NCBI GenBank assembly: GCA_035489815.1
Contig: DATHJH010000013.1
Span: 1 to 59,537, forward strand
Source of the DNA: Candidatus Limnocylindria bacterium
GTDB lineage: Bacteria; Patescibacteriota; Saccharimonadia; Saccharimonadales; JAGQNK01
DNA length: 59,537 nucleotides
Direction: 5' to 3'
Within the stretch, counting starts at the first letter, position 1. Every line of letters starts with the position of its first letter. Under the pieces are notes generated by a model that was not told where the DNA came from, ran no database searches, and saw nothing but the letters and a program-made list of their open reading frames with translations. Below are positions 10,021-18,745 of this stretch, piece after piece. The translations under genes were made by a program, and so were the position numbers.

Positions 10021-10146
10021 CTGACCCACCCTCACTTTTCTCCCACCCCCTGTCATTCCGGCCTTGAGCCGGAATCCAGGATAATGGGCTATCCTCTGGA
10101 CGGCCGGATCAGGTCCGGCATGACGGAAATAGTGAGTGTGGGTCAG
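10021..10146. mobile_element. REP-doublet MITE-like element, family R3
   Basis: Ends CTGACCCACCCTCAC / GTGAGTGTGGGTCAG; internal REP pair; GGTCAGTTCC repeated on both flanks. Confidence 0.8.
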
Positions 10147-10219
10147 GGTCAGTTCCCAGCACCAGTACATGTGGTGTATACTGAAGTGGTCTGCTATCAG
10201 TAATGGAGGAGTGACCCTC

Positions 10220-10621
10220 GTGAGTACTACTATTGACCAACAGTTTGTCGAATATATCGTAAAATCGCTTGTCAGCAATCCTGACGCAGTTAAAATTGAA
10301 CGCCGCATAGACGAAAAGGGCGTGCTGCTGGAACTCACCGTAGATGGTGAAGACCTGGGCCGGGTTATTGGCAAACGCGGCGCTACTGCCCAAAGCCTCC
10401 GTACGCTGTTGCGTGCGCTGGGTACAAAGAACGATGCCCGCTATAATCTAAAGATTATTGATCCAGAAGGCGGCGTAAGGCCTGTAGCAAGTAGCGCTCA
10501 AGGCTCTGCCGTACAGGATGACAAACAGGAAGATGGTGAAGGTGCCACCAGCAAGAAAGAAAGTGATGTTGTTACTAATACCCGGAAGGAACTAGAAGAC
10601 CTGGATGATCTGGACATATAA
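10220..10621 (+). CDS. khpA: KH-domain RNA-binding protein KhpA
   Basis: VEYIVKSLV.NPD.V, DLGRVIGKRG KH motif; GTG start after GGAGG; follows rpsP. Confidence 0.9.
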   Translation: MSTTIDQQFVEYIVKSLVSNPDAVKIERRIDEKGVLLELTVDGEDLGRVIGKRGATAQSLRTLLRALGTKNDARYNLKIIDPEGGVRPVASSAQGSAVQDDKQEDGEGATSKKESDVVTNTRKELEDLDDLDI

Positions 10622-10733
10622 GAGGGGATGATTTCCCCTCTTATCGCGCGGTGTCCCGAATAAATCGGGACTCCGGCTGTTCTCCCCTCGGAAGCTAAAA
10701 AGAATCTTTTGGAGTAAATCCAAAAGATTCTTT
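10621..10733 (+). repeat. Three-hairpin structured repeat R4, copy 1
   Basis: AGAGGGGA-TGATT-TCCCCTCT; GTCCCGA-ATAAA-TCGGGAC; 15-bp stem with GTAAA loop; homologous layout at 18634-18745. Confidence 0.7.
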
Positions 10734-10766
10734 GATTTAATTTCACATCGACTTCAGGGGACAAGG

Positions 10767-10893
10767 CTGAGCCACCCTCACTTTTTTCACTGCCCCTGTC
10801 ATTCCCAGCTTGACTGGGAATCCAGGTTCTGATCAATAACACTTCTGGATACCGGATCAAGTCCGGTATGACAGGAAGGTGAGAGTGGAGCAG
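10767..10893. mobile_element. Family R3 element with REP doublet (degenerate ends)
   Basis: CTGAGCCACCCTCAC ... GTGAGAGTGGAGCAG with an internal REP pair. Confidence 0.7.
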
Positions 10894-10903
10894 GAGGCAG
10901 GGG

Positions 10904-10932
10904 TTGCAATGGGAGGGGGTTGTCGGTATAGT
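10904..10932 (+). promoter_or_regulatory. Strong sigma70-type promoter with no convincing downstream gene
   Basis: TTGCAA-17 nt-TATAGT. Confidence 0.65.
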
Positions 10933-10939
10933 TGCTTTT

Positions 10940-11055
10940 AGTCTACAAAGACTCGGAATCTTAAAAACAAAAACGATTGGAGCTCATGCGAGCCATCAAT
11001 TTGATGGGAGCTTTATGTGAAGAAAAGACCCGGTAATAATCCGGGTTTTTTCTTT
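10940..11055 (+). ncRNA. Candidate small RNA (about 115 nt)
   Basis: Bounded by the promoter at 10904-10932 and the terminator at 11025-11055; internal hairpins. Confidence 0.45.
11025..11055 (+). terminator. Intrinsic terminator
   Basis: AAGACCCGG-TAATAAT-CCGGGTTTT followed by a T-run. Confidence 0.8.
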
Positions 11056-11056
11056 G

Positions 11057-11244
11057 GAACCTATCCAAAATCTTTTCACCACGGCCGAGAGCAGTTTTCG
11101 GGTGTGAGCCGCTTGTTTTTTGGTTTGAAAGGTACCTAGTAAGTACCTTTCGGAGCACTAGTCTGATTAGAAGGCGAGCGGATTGCATGCGAACTTCTAT
11201 GTGGAGAAGGGTCGGAGTCAGAGGAAGAGATCCTGGATGGGTTC
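11057..11244. mobile_element. GAACC-MITE copy A (subtype 1)
   Basis: Ends GAACCTATCCAAAATCTT / AAGAGATCCTGGATGGGTTC; central AAAGGTAC..GTACCTTT hairpin; homologous to copies B, D, F. Confidence 0.9.
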
Positions 11245-11321
11245 TCAGATGCGTAAGCTCCATACCCACAACCGGAAAACCATTTGCCATACTCTGGAAT
11301 GTGTTGGCGCTAGCAGGAGGA

Positions 11322-11960
11322 TTATATTGTGGTTGTATTGGCAACCTGAGATTGTATACTTTCAACGAATGTTGCCAGAAGACTCGCATTGTCCTCCAGA
11401 GAAGAGTAGGCCCGTAGTGCCATAAATCCACGGGTGCCCTCTACCTGCCACTGGCCCATGGGCGGGGCCGCGTGCCATTCATCATAATTGAATAAAAGTA
11501 CCGAATCATTCAGTGTCTGTGTCACGGTTCTGGCGATTATTGGATTTAGTGCGGGGATGGTAGTTGCCGGCTCTGCCTCCATAGTAGGATCGCTGCTGTG
11601 TAAGGTGCCGCACGGTTTATCCGGAGTGGCAACGGCCCGGGCAAAGGCTATCTCTGCCTGAGGGCCGTCGCTACGGTGTATGGCAATGGTATCAACATCC
11701 GTATGATAGACATCAGGCTCCATAGTGAAGGACTTCGTCTGATATTCTACTGCAACGGGTACAGCGGCCAGAGTAGGAGTGGTATTGAGGCGGACAAGGT
11801 CTATGACATGTGCCGAAAATTGTTTGACTTGCTGCGGCAGATCGTCAGGCAAAATGAGGCGGCCGTCTGAACCGCGTGTCAGTTTTTGCATAGTATCGCA
11901 GCTGCTGCTAGGAAAACTGCAACCTCGATCAAGGTCTGGTGTCGGAATAATGAGAGCCAT
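11322..11960 (-). CDS. Hypothetical protein (possibly cupin-like)
   Basis: 212-aa ORF; LFNYDEWHAAP segment only loosely recalls ureidoglycolate-lyase cupins. Confidence 0.5.
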   Translation of the reverse strand: MALIIPTPDLDRGCSFPSSSCDTMQKLTRGSDGRLILPDDLPQQVKQFSAHVIDLVRLNTTPTLAAVPVAVEYQTKSFTMEPDVYHTDVDTIAIHRSDGPQAEIAFARAVATPDKPCGTLHSSDPTMEAEPATTIPALNPIIARTVTQTLNDSVLLFNYDEWHAAPPMGQWQVEGTRGFMALRAYSSLEDNASLLATFVESIQSQVANTTTI

Positions 11961-12078
11961 AACCCAAGCTAGTATACTACCCGTGATTCCGGGATCATTT
12001 TATTTTGGCAGAAGGTACGCAGGTACTGGTAATCTCTGTGGATAAATGTCTGGCTGGAGAGCTGCTGGCCAGGTGTTG

Positions 12079-12528
12079 CTACTCGGCGGATGCCATGCTG
12101 AGCGATGCAATATGAGCGCCGTTGGTGAAGAGAATATATGACTCTAGCACTTCACACGGTTGGGGTCCGTCAACAACGACGGTCAGGGGTACGGTTACGT
12201 TCTCGTATCCAGGGCTCGATGCTTCCCCAGCCTGTCCAATAATGGGGTCCCGATCTGTCTCAGCACACCTGACGGCAACAAAGGTCTTGTCAGCACCATC
12301 ACCGTCTAGCAGTGCTCCTATGCCAGAGGAGGGATTGTGATAGCTTGCCCTGACTTGCCCTTCCAGGCAGGTCACCGGGAATGTCAGCGCCGCGTCCGAT
12401 TCGGCCGAAGCATCCGGCGTAGAGTCATGCCGGACTATGCCAAACCCCACAGCCACAATGCACCCCAGGCTAACCATCAGCAGTCTTCGGGGAAGGGCTT
12501 CCGGGTTGGTTTGGAGGAAATTGCCCAC
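12079..12528 (-). CDS. Hypothetical membrane-anchored protein (start uncertain)
   Basis: ORF 12079..12585; GTG at 12528 chosen; hydrophobic helix LLMVSLGCIVAVGFGIV. Confidence 0.55.
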   Translation of the reverse strand: MGNFLQTNPEALPRRLLMVSLGCIVAVGFGIVRHDSTPDASAESDAALTFPVTCLEGQVRASYHNPSSGIGALLDGDGADKTFVAVRCAETDRDPIIGQAGEASSPGYENVTVPLTVVVDGPQPCEVLESYILFTNGAHIASLSMASAE

Positions 12529-12573
12529 GGGTGTCCCTTTGCAATTAGTATTTTGTACTATATCATGATAGAT

Positions 12574-13227
12574 ATGAAAGTTCAAATAATTAGTCTCTTT
12601 CCAGAGATGTTTCCGCCTGTGCTGGAGACTTCCATGTTGTTCAAGGCCAAGGACAAGGGCATTGTAGAGTATTCCTACATCAACCTGCGGGACTTTGGTT
12701 TGGGGCCGCGCAAAACGGTAGATGATACTCCGTACGGCGGTGGCGACGGCATGCTACTCAAGCCCGAGCCGCTATTTGCCGCAGTAGAACATGCTATAGG
12801 GTACGACCCTGTAGCAAAGGTGTATCTGATGACGCCTCGCGGCGAGCGGTTTGTTCAGAAACGGGCACAGGAGATTGCGGACGAGAAAAAGGGGATGATT
12901 ATCATCTGCGCCAGGTATGAAGGCTACGATGAACGGATTACTGCACTTGTAGACAGGCAAATCAGTATCGGCGATTTTGTACTGACAGGCGGCGAACTCC
13001 CGGCCATGATGCTGGTAGATGCGGTTGTGCGGCTCCTTCCGGGCGTGCTCGGGGGCGAAAAGAGCGCAGAGATAGAAAGCTTCAGCCATGGCAATAACCT
13101 GGAGTTCCCTCAGTACACCAGGCCAGAAGATTTTCGAGGCATGAAGGTTCCAGAAGTACTCCTTAGCGGAAATCATGCACAGATAGAAGCTTGGCGTAAG
13201 CAGCAATCCGACGCACAGAAGAAGTAA
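12574..13227 (+). CDS. trmD: tRNA (guanine-N1)-methyltransferase TrmD
   Basis: MKVQIISLFPEMF, VDDTPYGGGDGM, CARYEGYDER, SIGDFVLTGGE, VPEVLLSGNH. Confidence 0.98.
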   Translation: MKVQIISLFPEMFPPVLETSMLFKAKDKGIVEYSYINLRDFGLGPRKTVDDTPYGGGDGMLLKPEPLFAAVEHAIGYDPVAKVYLMTPRGERFVQKRAQEIADEKKGMIIICARYEGYDERITALVDRQISIGDFVLTGGELPAMMLVDAVVRLLPGVLGGEKSAEIESFSHGNNLEFPQYTRPEDFRGMKVPEVLLSGNHAQIEAWRKQQSDAQKK

Positions 13228-13237
13228 GGGAAAAGAG

Positions 13238-13272
13238 CAGCCCGGGCTCGAATTTATTTCGAGCCCGGGCTG
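13238..13272. terminator. Perfect 15-bp hairpin after trmD
   Basis: CAGCCCGGGCTCGAA-TTTAT-TTCGAGCCCGGGCTG. Confidence 0.6.
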
Positions 13273-13317
13273 ATTAGAAAAACCGCAAGGTTTGTCTCAT
13301 CAGGCGAAGCCGCCGAA

Positions 13318-13362
13318 AACCATGCTGAGATCGAGAAGTGGCGCAAGGCACAGAGCGGATAA
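13318..13362 (+). pseudogene. trmD: Second, diverged copy of the trmD 3' end
   Basis: Encodes NHAEIEKWRKAQSG* versus NHAQIEAWRKQQSDAQKK* in the intact gene. Confidence 0.8.
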
Positions 13363-13391
13363 TTGCCCTAGATAAAGTAGAGAGCTATAGT
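13363..13391 (+). promoter_or_regulatory. Promoter for the 13418 orphan gene
   Basis: TTGCCC-17 nt-TATAGT. Confidence 0.5.
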
Positions 13392-13417
13392 TCAGGAAAC
13401 TAATAAGGATACAAAGC

Positions 13418-13849
13418 ATGGCTCATGAACATGAATCACTAATTGCACACATCACTGCCACTCCCCAAACAGAGCTAACGTTTCAAGCCATAACCGTTGG
13501 TGATACAAGCACTATGATCGTTGCTGATCGTACTTGTTTTAGCGTGGGGTTTGTAGTTGCCGGTGAGGATCAATGCAATATGACGTATCGGCTGACGGAC
13601 AGAGAAGGTGAAAAGCCGTGGGACCTGGATGTTCTGAATCAAAGATCTAGTATGATAGCTACACGGGCGACACTTAGAGGAGAAGGGGTGATAGGGCTGG
13701 ATCCTGGGGTCGTGGGCGAAACCCGTGAGACTCTGGGCCCTGACGGGGAGCCCATTGCAGTGGCTGCTCTTTCGCACTCTGAGGTGGTATTGGGCATTGC
13801 GGCGATTGGTCACTTTGAAGTGGTGAATCTGCCCGAGCCTACTCTCTGA
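13418..13849 (+). CDS. Hypothetical protein (orphan)
   Basis: 143-aa ORF with AAGGA RBS and upstream promoter. Confidence 0.55.
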   Translation: MAHEHESLIAHITATPQTELTFQAITVGDTSTMIVADRTCFSVGFVVAGEDQCNMTYRLTDREGEKPWDLDVLNQRSSMIATRATLRGEGVIGLDPGVVGETRETLGPDGEPIAVAALSHSEVVLGIAAIGHFEVVNLPEPTL

Positions 13850-13869
13850 TCACGTCACTACACGACCTG

Positions 13870-14043
13870 TTAGTAGTTAAATCCTCCGCCGTTGCCCCCG
13901 CCGCTATCGCGCATAAAGAAATAGTAGACTAAGCCATAAACTACCACGGCGATTACCAGGTAGATGACTACCCATTGCCAGGTCGGCCGTTTGCCGTATC
14001 CGTGTGATTGTTTTTGGGGTGGCTGTGCATTTAAGTCTGCCAT
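13870..14043 (-). CDS. Small single-pass membrane protein (57 aa); not in the ORF track
   Basis: MADLNAQPPQKQSHGYGKRPTWQWVVIYLVIAVVVYGLVYYFFMRDSGGGNGGGFNY; AAGGAG RBS. Confidence 0.75.
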   Translation of the reverse strand: MADLNAQPPQKQSHGYGKRPTWQWVVIYLVIAVVVYGLVYYFFMRDSGGGNGGGFNY

Positions 14044-14426
14044 AGGTAACTCCTTTCTTTACTCACTATACATAAGCAGTATACTCGCCCTAAGGCTTCC
14101 GGGACAGGAATTGCAGCCTCTATAGTGGCTCTACTGCCGTTACTTGCAAACCTTAGGCGGTGCTGGCTGCACTACAGTATTTAAAGCAAATTGGAGTACA
14201 CGTGGCGGCAGAGAACCCAACTACGATCCTGGGTATAGAGACGGGCGGTGAAGGATACTTCCACTGGATAGACTGGTAAAGGTAGTATTGCCAACGGGGC
14301 TTGGGAAGTTGGAAGTAGGCTTCACGACCGAAAGTCGATAACACCCTGAGCATCAATCTTCTGTTACAAAACAAGGACACGTCCCAGACTTGCTATACTA
14401 GGTAAGTACTCAATAAGGAGGGTGTC

Positions 14427-14810
14427 ATGAGATTATTTGCCATCAAGCCGGTTTACGCCCACTGCGATTTGCCTTGCGGCGTGTATGACCCGGCGCAGGC
14501 TCGCATAGAGGCAGAGTCTGTTCACAAGATTTTAGAAAAATATCCGGACTTGGACCATGAAGAGGATCGCTGGCGGGCGGTGTTCATCAAGGAACAGCGT
14601 CTGGAACTGGTCAAGCACCACCTGTGGGTGCTGTGGACAGATTATTTTAAACCCGAGCATTTAGAGAAATACCCTAACCTGCATGATCTATTCTGGCAAG
14701 CAACTAAACAAGCTGGCGCGGTCAAAAAATCTGTGGACAAAGCCGACAGCCAGAAATTGCTGGACATGATTGATGAAATCGCCAAGCTCTTCAAAGCAAC
14801 TAAATCCTAA
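14427..14810 (+). CDS. sodN: Nickel superoxide dismutase precursor
   Basis: Nickel hook HCDLPCGVYDPA after an 11-aa leader; AAGGAGG RBS. Confidence 0.97.
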   Translation: MRLFAIKPVYAHCDLPCGVYDPAQARIEAESVHKILEKYPDLDHEEDRWRAVFIKEQRLELVKHHLWVLWTDYFKPEHLEKYPNLHDLFWQATKQAGAVKKSVDKADSQKLLDMIDEIAKLFKATKS

Positions 14811-15123
14811 ATTTCCACTGGTACTTCGCCAAATATACGGACACAGCATGATGCCGGTCCTGCCGCCCGGTACGGTGGTGTATGGTTGGCGCTGGTTCCG
14901 ACGGCTAAAACCCGGCGACATCGTAATCTTCTTTCATAACGACAAAGAAAAGATCAAACGTATAGAAAAGATTACTGACGGGAAAGTCTATGTAGTCGGT
15001 GACCACCAGGACGTCAGCACCGACAGCCGCCACTTTGGCTGGCTGGACAAGGAAGCAGTAGTAGCCAAACTCATCTGGCCCCGAGCCCCCAAAAACAGGG
15101 CCGAAGGGTTTGACTCTCCCTAA
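14773..15123 (+). CDS. sodX: NiSOD maturation peptidase (S26-like)
   Basis: GHSM.PVL..G, KEKIKRI, VVGDH..VSTDSRHFGW; overlaps the sodN end. Confidence 0.9.
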   Translation: MKSPSSSKQLNPKFPLVLRQIYGHSMMPVLPPGTVVYGWRWFRRLKPGDIVIFFHNDKEKIKRIEKITDGKVYVVGDHQDVSTDSRHFGWLDKEAVVAKLIWPRAPKNRAEGFDSP

Positions 15124-15358
15124 TTTCCAACTGCCACTAAATCCCCCCTTGTTAGAGGAACGTCCTTTTTGTTCTTTTTGTTCCTTTTTTTTGTTATCGG
15201 TTTTTCAAGGCTTGGATACCAACTATATTGGCCCTTGGCCAATTATTGTAACAATCCCTTCAGGGATTGTTAACTTCCTGCAGCCCTCCCGGGCTCCTGC
15301 GAAAAACTGATTGGGCGGGCAAGTACCGGCGCTACCGTACTCCTGAGGATTGTTTGAG

Positions 15359-15395
15359 CCAAAAAAGCCCTTTTTTGTATCCTGGGCTTTTTTGG
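15359..15395. terminator. Probable bidirectional terminator between convergent sodX and ndh
   Basis: CCAAAAAAGCCC ... GGGCTTTTTTGG 12-bp inverted repeat. Confidence 0.55.
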
Positions 15396-15565
15396 TGAGT
15401 TTCCGAAAGGATGCGGCTAGCCGGTACTTGATCCGAACAGTCATGTTTTCGTAACCGTCCGGGGAGGTTTTTGCATACACTCCACCCCGCGGCGAATCCT
15501 CTCGCCGTGGGGACCCCGGTTTTGACCGCAAAAGTATCATCACATGCTTCTTGGAGAGAAGAAAA

Positions 15566-16780
15566 TCAAACCTCGCCGGATTCGTACATGACCTTGGCCA
15601 GCTTGGCGTCGCAGGTGGGGCAGTTGTCTTCCTCGTCGTCCTCTGCCAGCCACCGTTTGACTGCCATTTGCCAGGGTTCGTAGTCGCGGTAGGCTATGAA
15701 GTCGGCGGCTCGCCGCAGCCACCAGCCCAACCGCCCATAGATGCGGAACCTGCCCCACAATACGGCTGCCCAGCGCGGTCCGGCAGGCATGACATAAATG
15801 GGCTTTTTGGCTTTGTAGGGGCTAGGATCCTGTTTGTTCGAGATGCGCTTGAGATTATGGGTCACGAACTTGGCGTCAGTGATGGCTACCTGGGCCATGC
15901 CGCTGTAAGGCGTGTCGGCATTGTCGCCAATGACGTAGACGCCTGGTTCTGCCTGCAGGAACTGATCCACCCGGACCTTGTGGTTGGTGGCCAGTTGAAA
16001 CCCTTGGGCTGTAAAAAAAGGATTGTTTGTGACGCCGGCAGTCCAGATGACGGTGTGGCTGCGGATGGGTTTGCTGTCTACCATCAGGGCGTCGGCAGTT
16101 TGGGCTTGCACGGCTTTGTTGACCATGACTTTGACGCCGGATTTCCTGAGCTGGCGTTTGACGCGGAAGGATATATCTTTGGGCATGCGGGGCAGCACTC
16201 TAGGTGCGGCCTCTACCAGGTCTACATGGATTTTGTGTTTGGGGGCGTTGTGCTGTTTGGCAATTTTTTTGATGTAGGACGGAAGGGCACCCGCCAATTC
16301 CACTCCGGTCGGCCCGCCGCCGACTACAACATAGTTGAGGTCGGTCCGCCCTTCTTCTACCATTTGCTTATGGAGGTGATCTTTCAGGGCCAGGGCGTCG
16401 GCAGGGGATTTAATGCCAAAGGCGAACTCCTCTAAGCCTTTAATGCCAAAGTAGTTAGTAGTGACGCCCAGGGCGCAAATGAGGGCATTATACTGAAAGG
16501 TCTGGCCATCTTCAGCGGTGACGGTTCGACTCTGTCGGTCCAGGCTGGTGGCTTTGCTAATGACTGTGTGGACGTTTTTGCCGACAAAGATGCCGCTCAA
16601 GGGGACGCTGGCAACCTTCATGCTGCCGCCGGTTGCGACGCGGTAGAGGGTACCGTAGATGCGAAAGTCTGCATGTTCGGCAATCAGGGTTATATGAAAG
16701 TCCGGGTCATTGGCCAGTTCCAGTGCGGCCTTCACCCCGCCGAACCCGCCACCGATGATTACTACTTTGCTTTTGCTCAA
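15566..16780 (-). CDS. ndh: Type II NADH dehydrogenase-like flavoprotein
   Basis: VVIIGGGFGG and VVVGGGPTGVELAG dinucleotide motifs, VIWTAGV, YVIGDNA; TTG start after AGGAG. Confidence 0.9.
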   Translation of the reverse strand: MSKSKVVIIGGGFGGVKAALELANDPDFHITLIAEHADFRIYGTLYRVATGGSMKVASVPLSGIFVGKNVHTVISKATSLDRQSRTVTAEDGQTFQYNALICALGVTTNYFGIKGLEEFAFGIKSPADALALKDHLHKQMVEEGRTDLNYVVVGGGPTGVELAGALPSYIKKIAKQHNAPKHKIHVDLVEAAPRVLPRMPKDISFRVKRQLRKSGVKVMVNKAVQAQTADALMVDSKPIRSHTVIWTAGVTNNPFFTAQGFQLATNHKVRVDQFLQAEPGVYVIGDNADTPYSGMAQVAITDAKFVTHNLKRISNKQDPSPYKAKKPIYVMPAGPRWAAVLWGRFRIYGRLGWWLRRAADFIAYRDYEPWQMAVKRWLAEDDEEDNCPTCDAKLAKVMYESGEV

Positions 16781-16814
16781 GCTTTTCTCCTGCTCTTGTT
16801 GGAATGTGTCTTGC

Positions 16815-16887
16815 TGTCATGCCGGGCTTGACCCGGCATCCAGTCAGTAGCGATCCTGCTAGATTCCGGCTCAAGGCCGGAATGACA
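16815..16887. repeat. CGTC-type REP doublet
   Basis: TGTCATGCCGGGCTTGACCCGGCATCCAG plus inverted CTAGATTCCGGCTCAAGGCCGGAATGACA. Confidence 0.9.
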
Positions 16888-16966
16888 CAGGGGTAACGTG
16901 AATCTATATATAGTCCACGGCTCGTTATGTCTCATTCCTAAACATGGTACCATAGTGCTAAAGGTT

Positions 16967-18625
16967 ATGGACCTATTTATAGACACACTCAAAAAGGCTG
17001 GGTTTGAAGGCGCCATAGACGATTCTGTGGAAAAGCGGGACGCCTACAGTCACGACGCTTCACTATTTGAAATGATGCCCCAGTTAGTAGTGGCTCCTAA
17101 AACAACCCGGGATGTGCAGCGGATCGTCACTGCCGCTGCAGCCACCAAAACCAAGGTGAAGGGGTTGTCGCTGACGGCCCGCAGTGCCGGCACGGACATG
17201 TCCGGCGGGGCGGTGAATGATTCGGTCATTATAGACTTCAACAAATACCTGCAGAAGTTTGAGGACATTGACGGGGCGTCTGCTCGTGCCCAACCTGGTA
17301 TGTTTTACCGTGATTTTGAGAAAAAGACGCTCAAGCACCGGCTGTGGATGCCTAGTTTCCCGGCCTCGCGCGAACTCTGTACCATTGGCGGCATGGTTGC
17401 AAACAATTCAGGTGGTGAATTATCTTTGCGCTATGGCAAAACGGAAAAGTTTGTAAATGAGCTAAAAGTGGTGTTTGCCGATGGCAAGGAATACGCTGTC
17501 AAGCCGCTGGACCGGGCGGGGCTGAAGAAAAAGCTGGCCCAGAAGGATTACGAAGGGGCAATTTATAGAAAAGTCTTCAAGCTGGTGGATGGCCACTATA
17601 ACGAAATCAAAGCAGCCAAGCCCAAAGTCAGCAAAAACTCTACCGGTTACAATCTGTGGAATGTCTGGGACCGCGACACCGGCATTTTTGACATGACACA
17701 GTTGATCGTCGGGTCCCAGGGGACGCTGGGGCTGGTAACAGACATTACTTTTCGCCTGGTGCCGCAAGAGCCGTTTTCTGGTGTGCTGGTGGCCTTTATG
17801 AACAAAAAGAACATGAAAAAACTGGCTTTGACCATCAACGAGGTGGTAGCCCAGCATCCCACCAGTTTCGAGGCTTTTGACAACTACACCCTGATGTTTT
17901 CTATAAAATTCTTTCCGTTTTTCCGTAAGACATTGGGGTGGATGGGACTTATCAAACTGGCTATTCAGTTGATTCCGGATGCGCTTATTTTGCTGCGGGG
18001 TATTCCTGCCATGGTGTTGTTGATTGAATTCACCGGTCAATCCCAGGAAGAAGTCGATCAAAAGATTTCGCGTATGCATGGTGTGCTAAAAGATAACCGC
18101 CTCCAGGCTATTGAAGAAGACAATACCGTTGCAAAGGCCTGGAAATTCCGTGTCATGCGCCGTGAAAGCTTCAACCTGCTGCGCAAAAAGGTCAAAGACA
18201 AGCATACAGCACCGTTTATAGATGACTTTGTGGTTCCGCCAGAGCATCTGCCTGCCTTTCTGCCCAAACTCCGCAAAATCATAAACAAGTACAAGCTGGT
18301 GGCCACCGTTGCCGGGCATATGGGTGACGGCAATTTCCATGTGATTCCCCTCATGAAGATAGAGGAACCCAAGGAGCGAGCCAAATTGCAGCCGGCCATG
18401 AAGGAGGTGAATGAACTTGTTCTAAAATACGGCGGGTCCCTGTCTGGTGAACATAATGATGGTATGATCCGCGGCCCGTGGCTGACCCAAATGTATGGAC
18501 ACAAGGTCGTTGGCTATTTCAAAGAGGCCAAAGAAATATTCGATCCTGACGGCATCTTTAATCCGCATAAAAAGACTGATGCTTCTTGGGATTTCTCCAT
18601 GAAGCACATTCGGGAACACTTTTAG
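16967..18625 (+). CDS. FAD-linked oxidase (GlcD/D-lactate dehydrogenase-like)
   Basis: RSAGTDMSGGA, CTIGGMVANNSGG, GSQGTLGLVT, GHMGDGNFH, LSGEHNDG, DPDGIFNP. Confidence 0.9.
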   Translation: MDLFIDTLKKAGFEGAIDDSVEKRDAYSHDASLFEMMPQLVVAPKTTRDVQRIVTAAAATKTKVKGLSLTARSAGTDMSGGAVNDSVIIDFNKYLQKFEDIDGASARAQPGMFYRDFEKKTLKHRLWMPSFPASRELCTIGGMVANNSGGELSLRYGKTEKFVNELKVVFADGKEYAVKPLDRAGLKKKLAQKDYEGAIYRKVFKLVDGHYNEIKAAKPKVSKNSTGYNLWNVWDRDTGIFDMTQLIVGSQGTLGLVTDITFRLVPQEPFSGVLVAFMNKKNMKKLALTINEVVAQHPTSFEAFDNYTLMFSIKFFPFFRKTLGWMGLIKLAIQLIPDALILLRGIPAMVLLIEFTGQSQEEVDQKISRMHGVLKDNRLQAIEEDNTVAKAWKFRVMRRESFNLLRKKVKDKHTAPFIDDFVVPPEHLPAFLPKLRKIINKYKLVATVAGHMGDGNFHVIPLMKIEEPKERAKLQPAMKEVNELVLKYGGSLSGEHNDGMIRGPWLTQMYGHKVVGYFKEAKEIFDPDGIFNPHKKTDASWDFSMKHIREHF

Positions 18626-18633
18626 GGGTATTG

Positions 18634-18745
18634 AGAGGAGATGACTTCTCCTCTTTGGCGCGCGGGCAAAATGAAATACATTTTGTCCGGCTGCTCTCCT
18701 CTCAAAACTGACAGACATATTCTGAAGTAAATTCAGAATATGTCT
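18634..18745 (+). repeat. Three-hairpin structured repeat R4, copy 2
   Basis: AGAGGAGA-TGACT-TCTCCTCT; GCAAAATG-AAATA-CATTTTGT; 14-bp stem with GTAAA loop. Confidence 0.7.

Noticed and set aside
10961-11431. 156-aa ORF spanning MITE A (likewise 48359-48580, 41663-41944, 34899-35350)
   Set aside because: These ORFs mostly reflect the low stop density of the MITE; flanks have no protein-like features or start signals.
10622-13417. Absence of rimM and rplS around trmD as a novel rearrangement
   Set aside because: Gene loss and operon break-up are common in reduced CPR genomes and cannot be judged from one window.
14157-14279. PRTase-like pseudogene fragment (ILGIETGG)
   Set aside because: About 40 codons between stops with one short motif; too weak to call without a search.
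15280-15525. RNase P RNA
   Set aside because: Short look-alikes exist (CCGGGCTCC, GAAAGGATGCGG, ACTCCACCCC), but the conserved GAGGAAAGTCC and ACAGAACCCGGCTTA regions and a full P4 pairing are missing.
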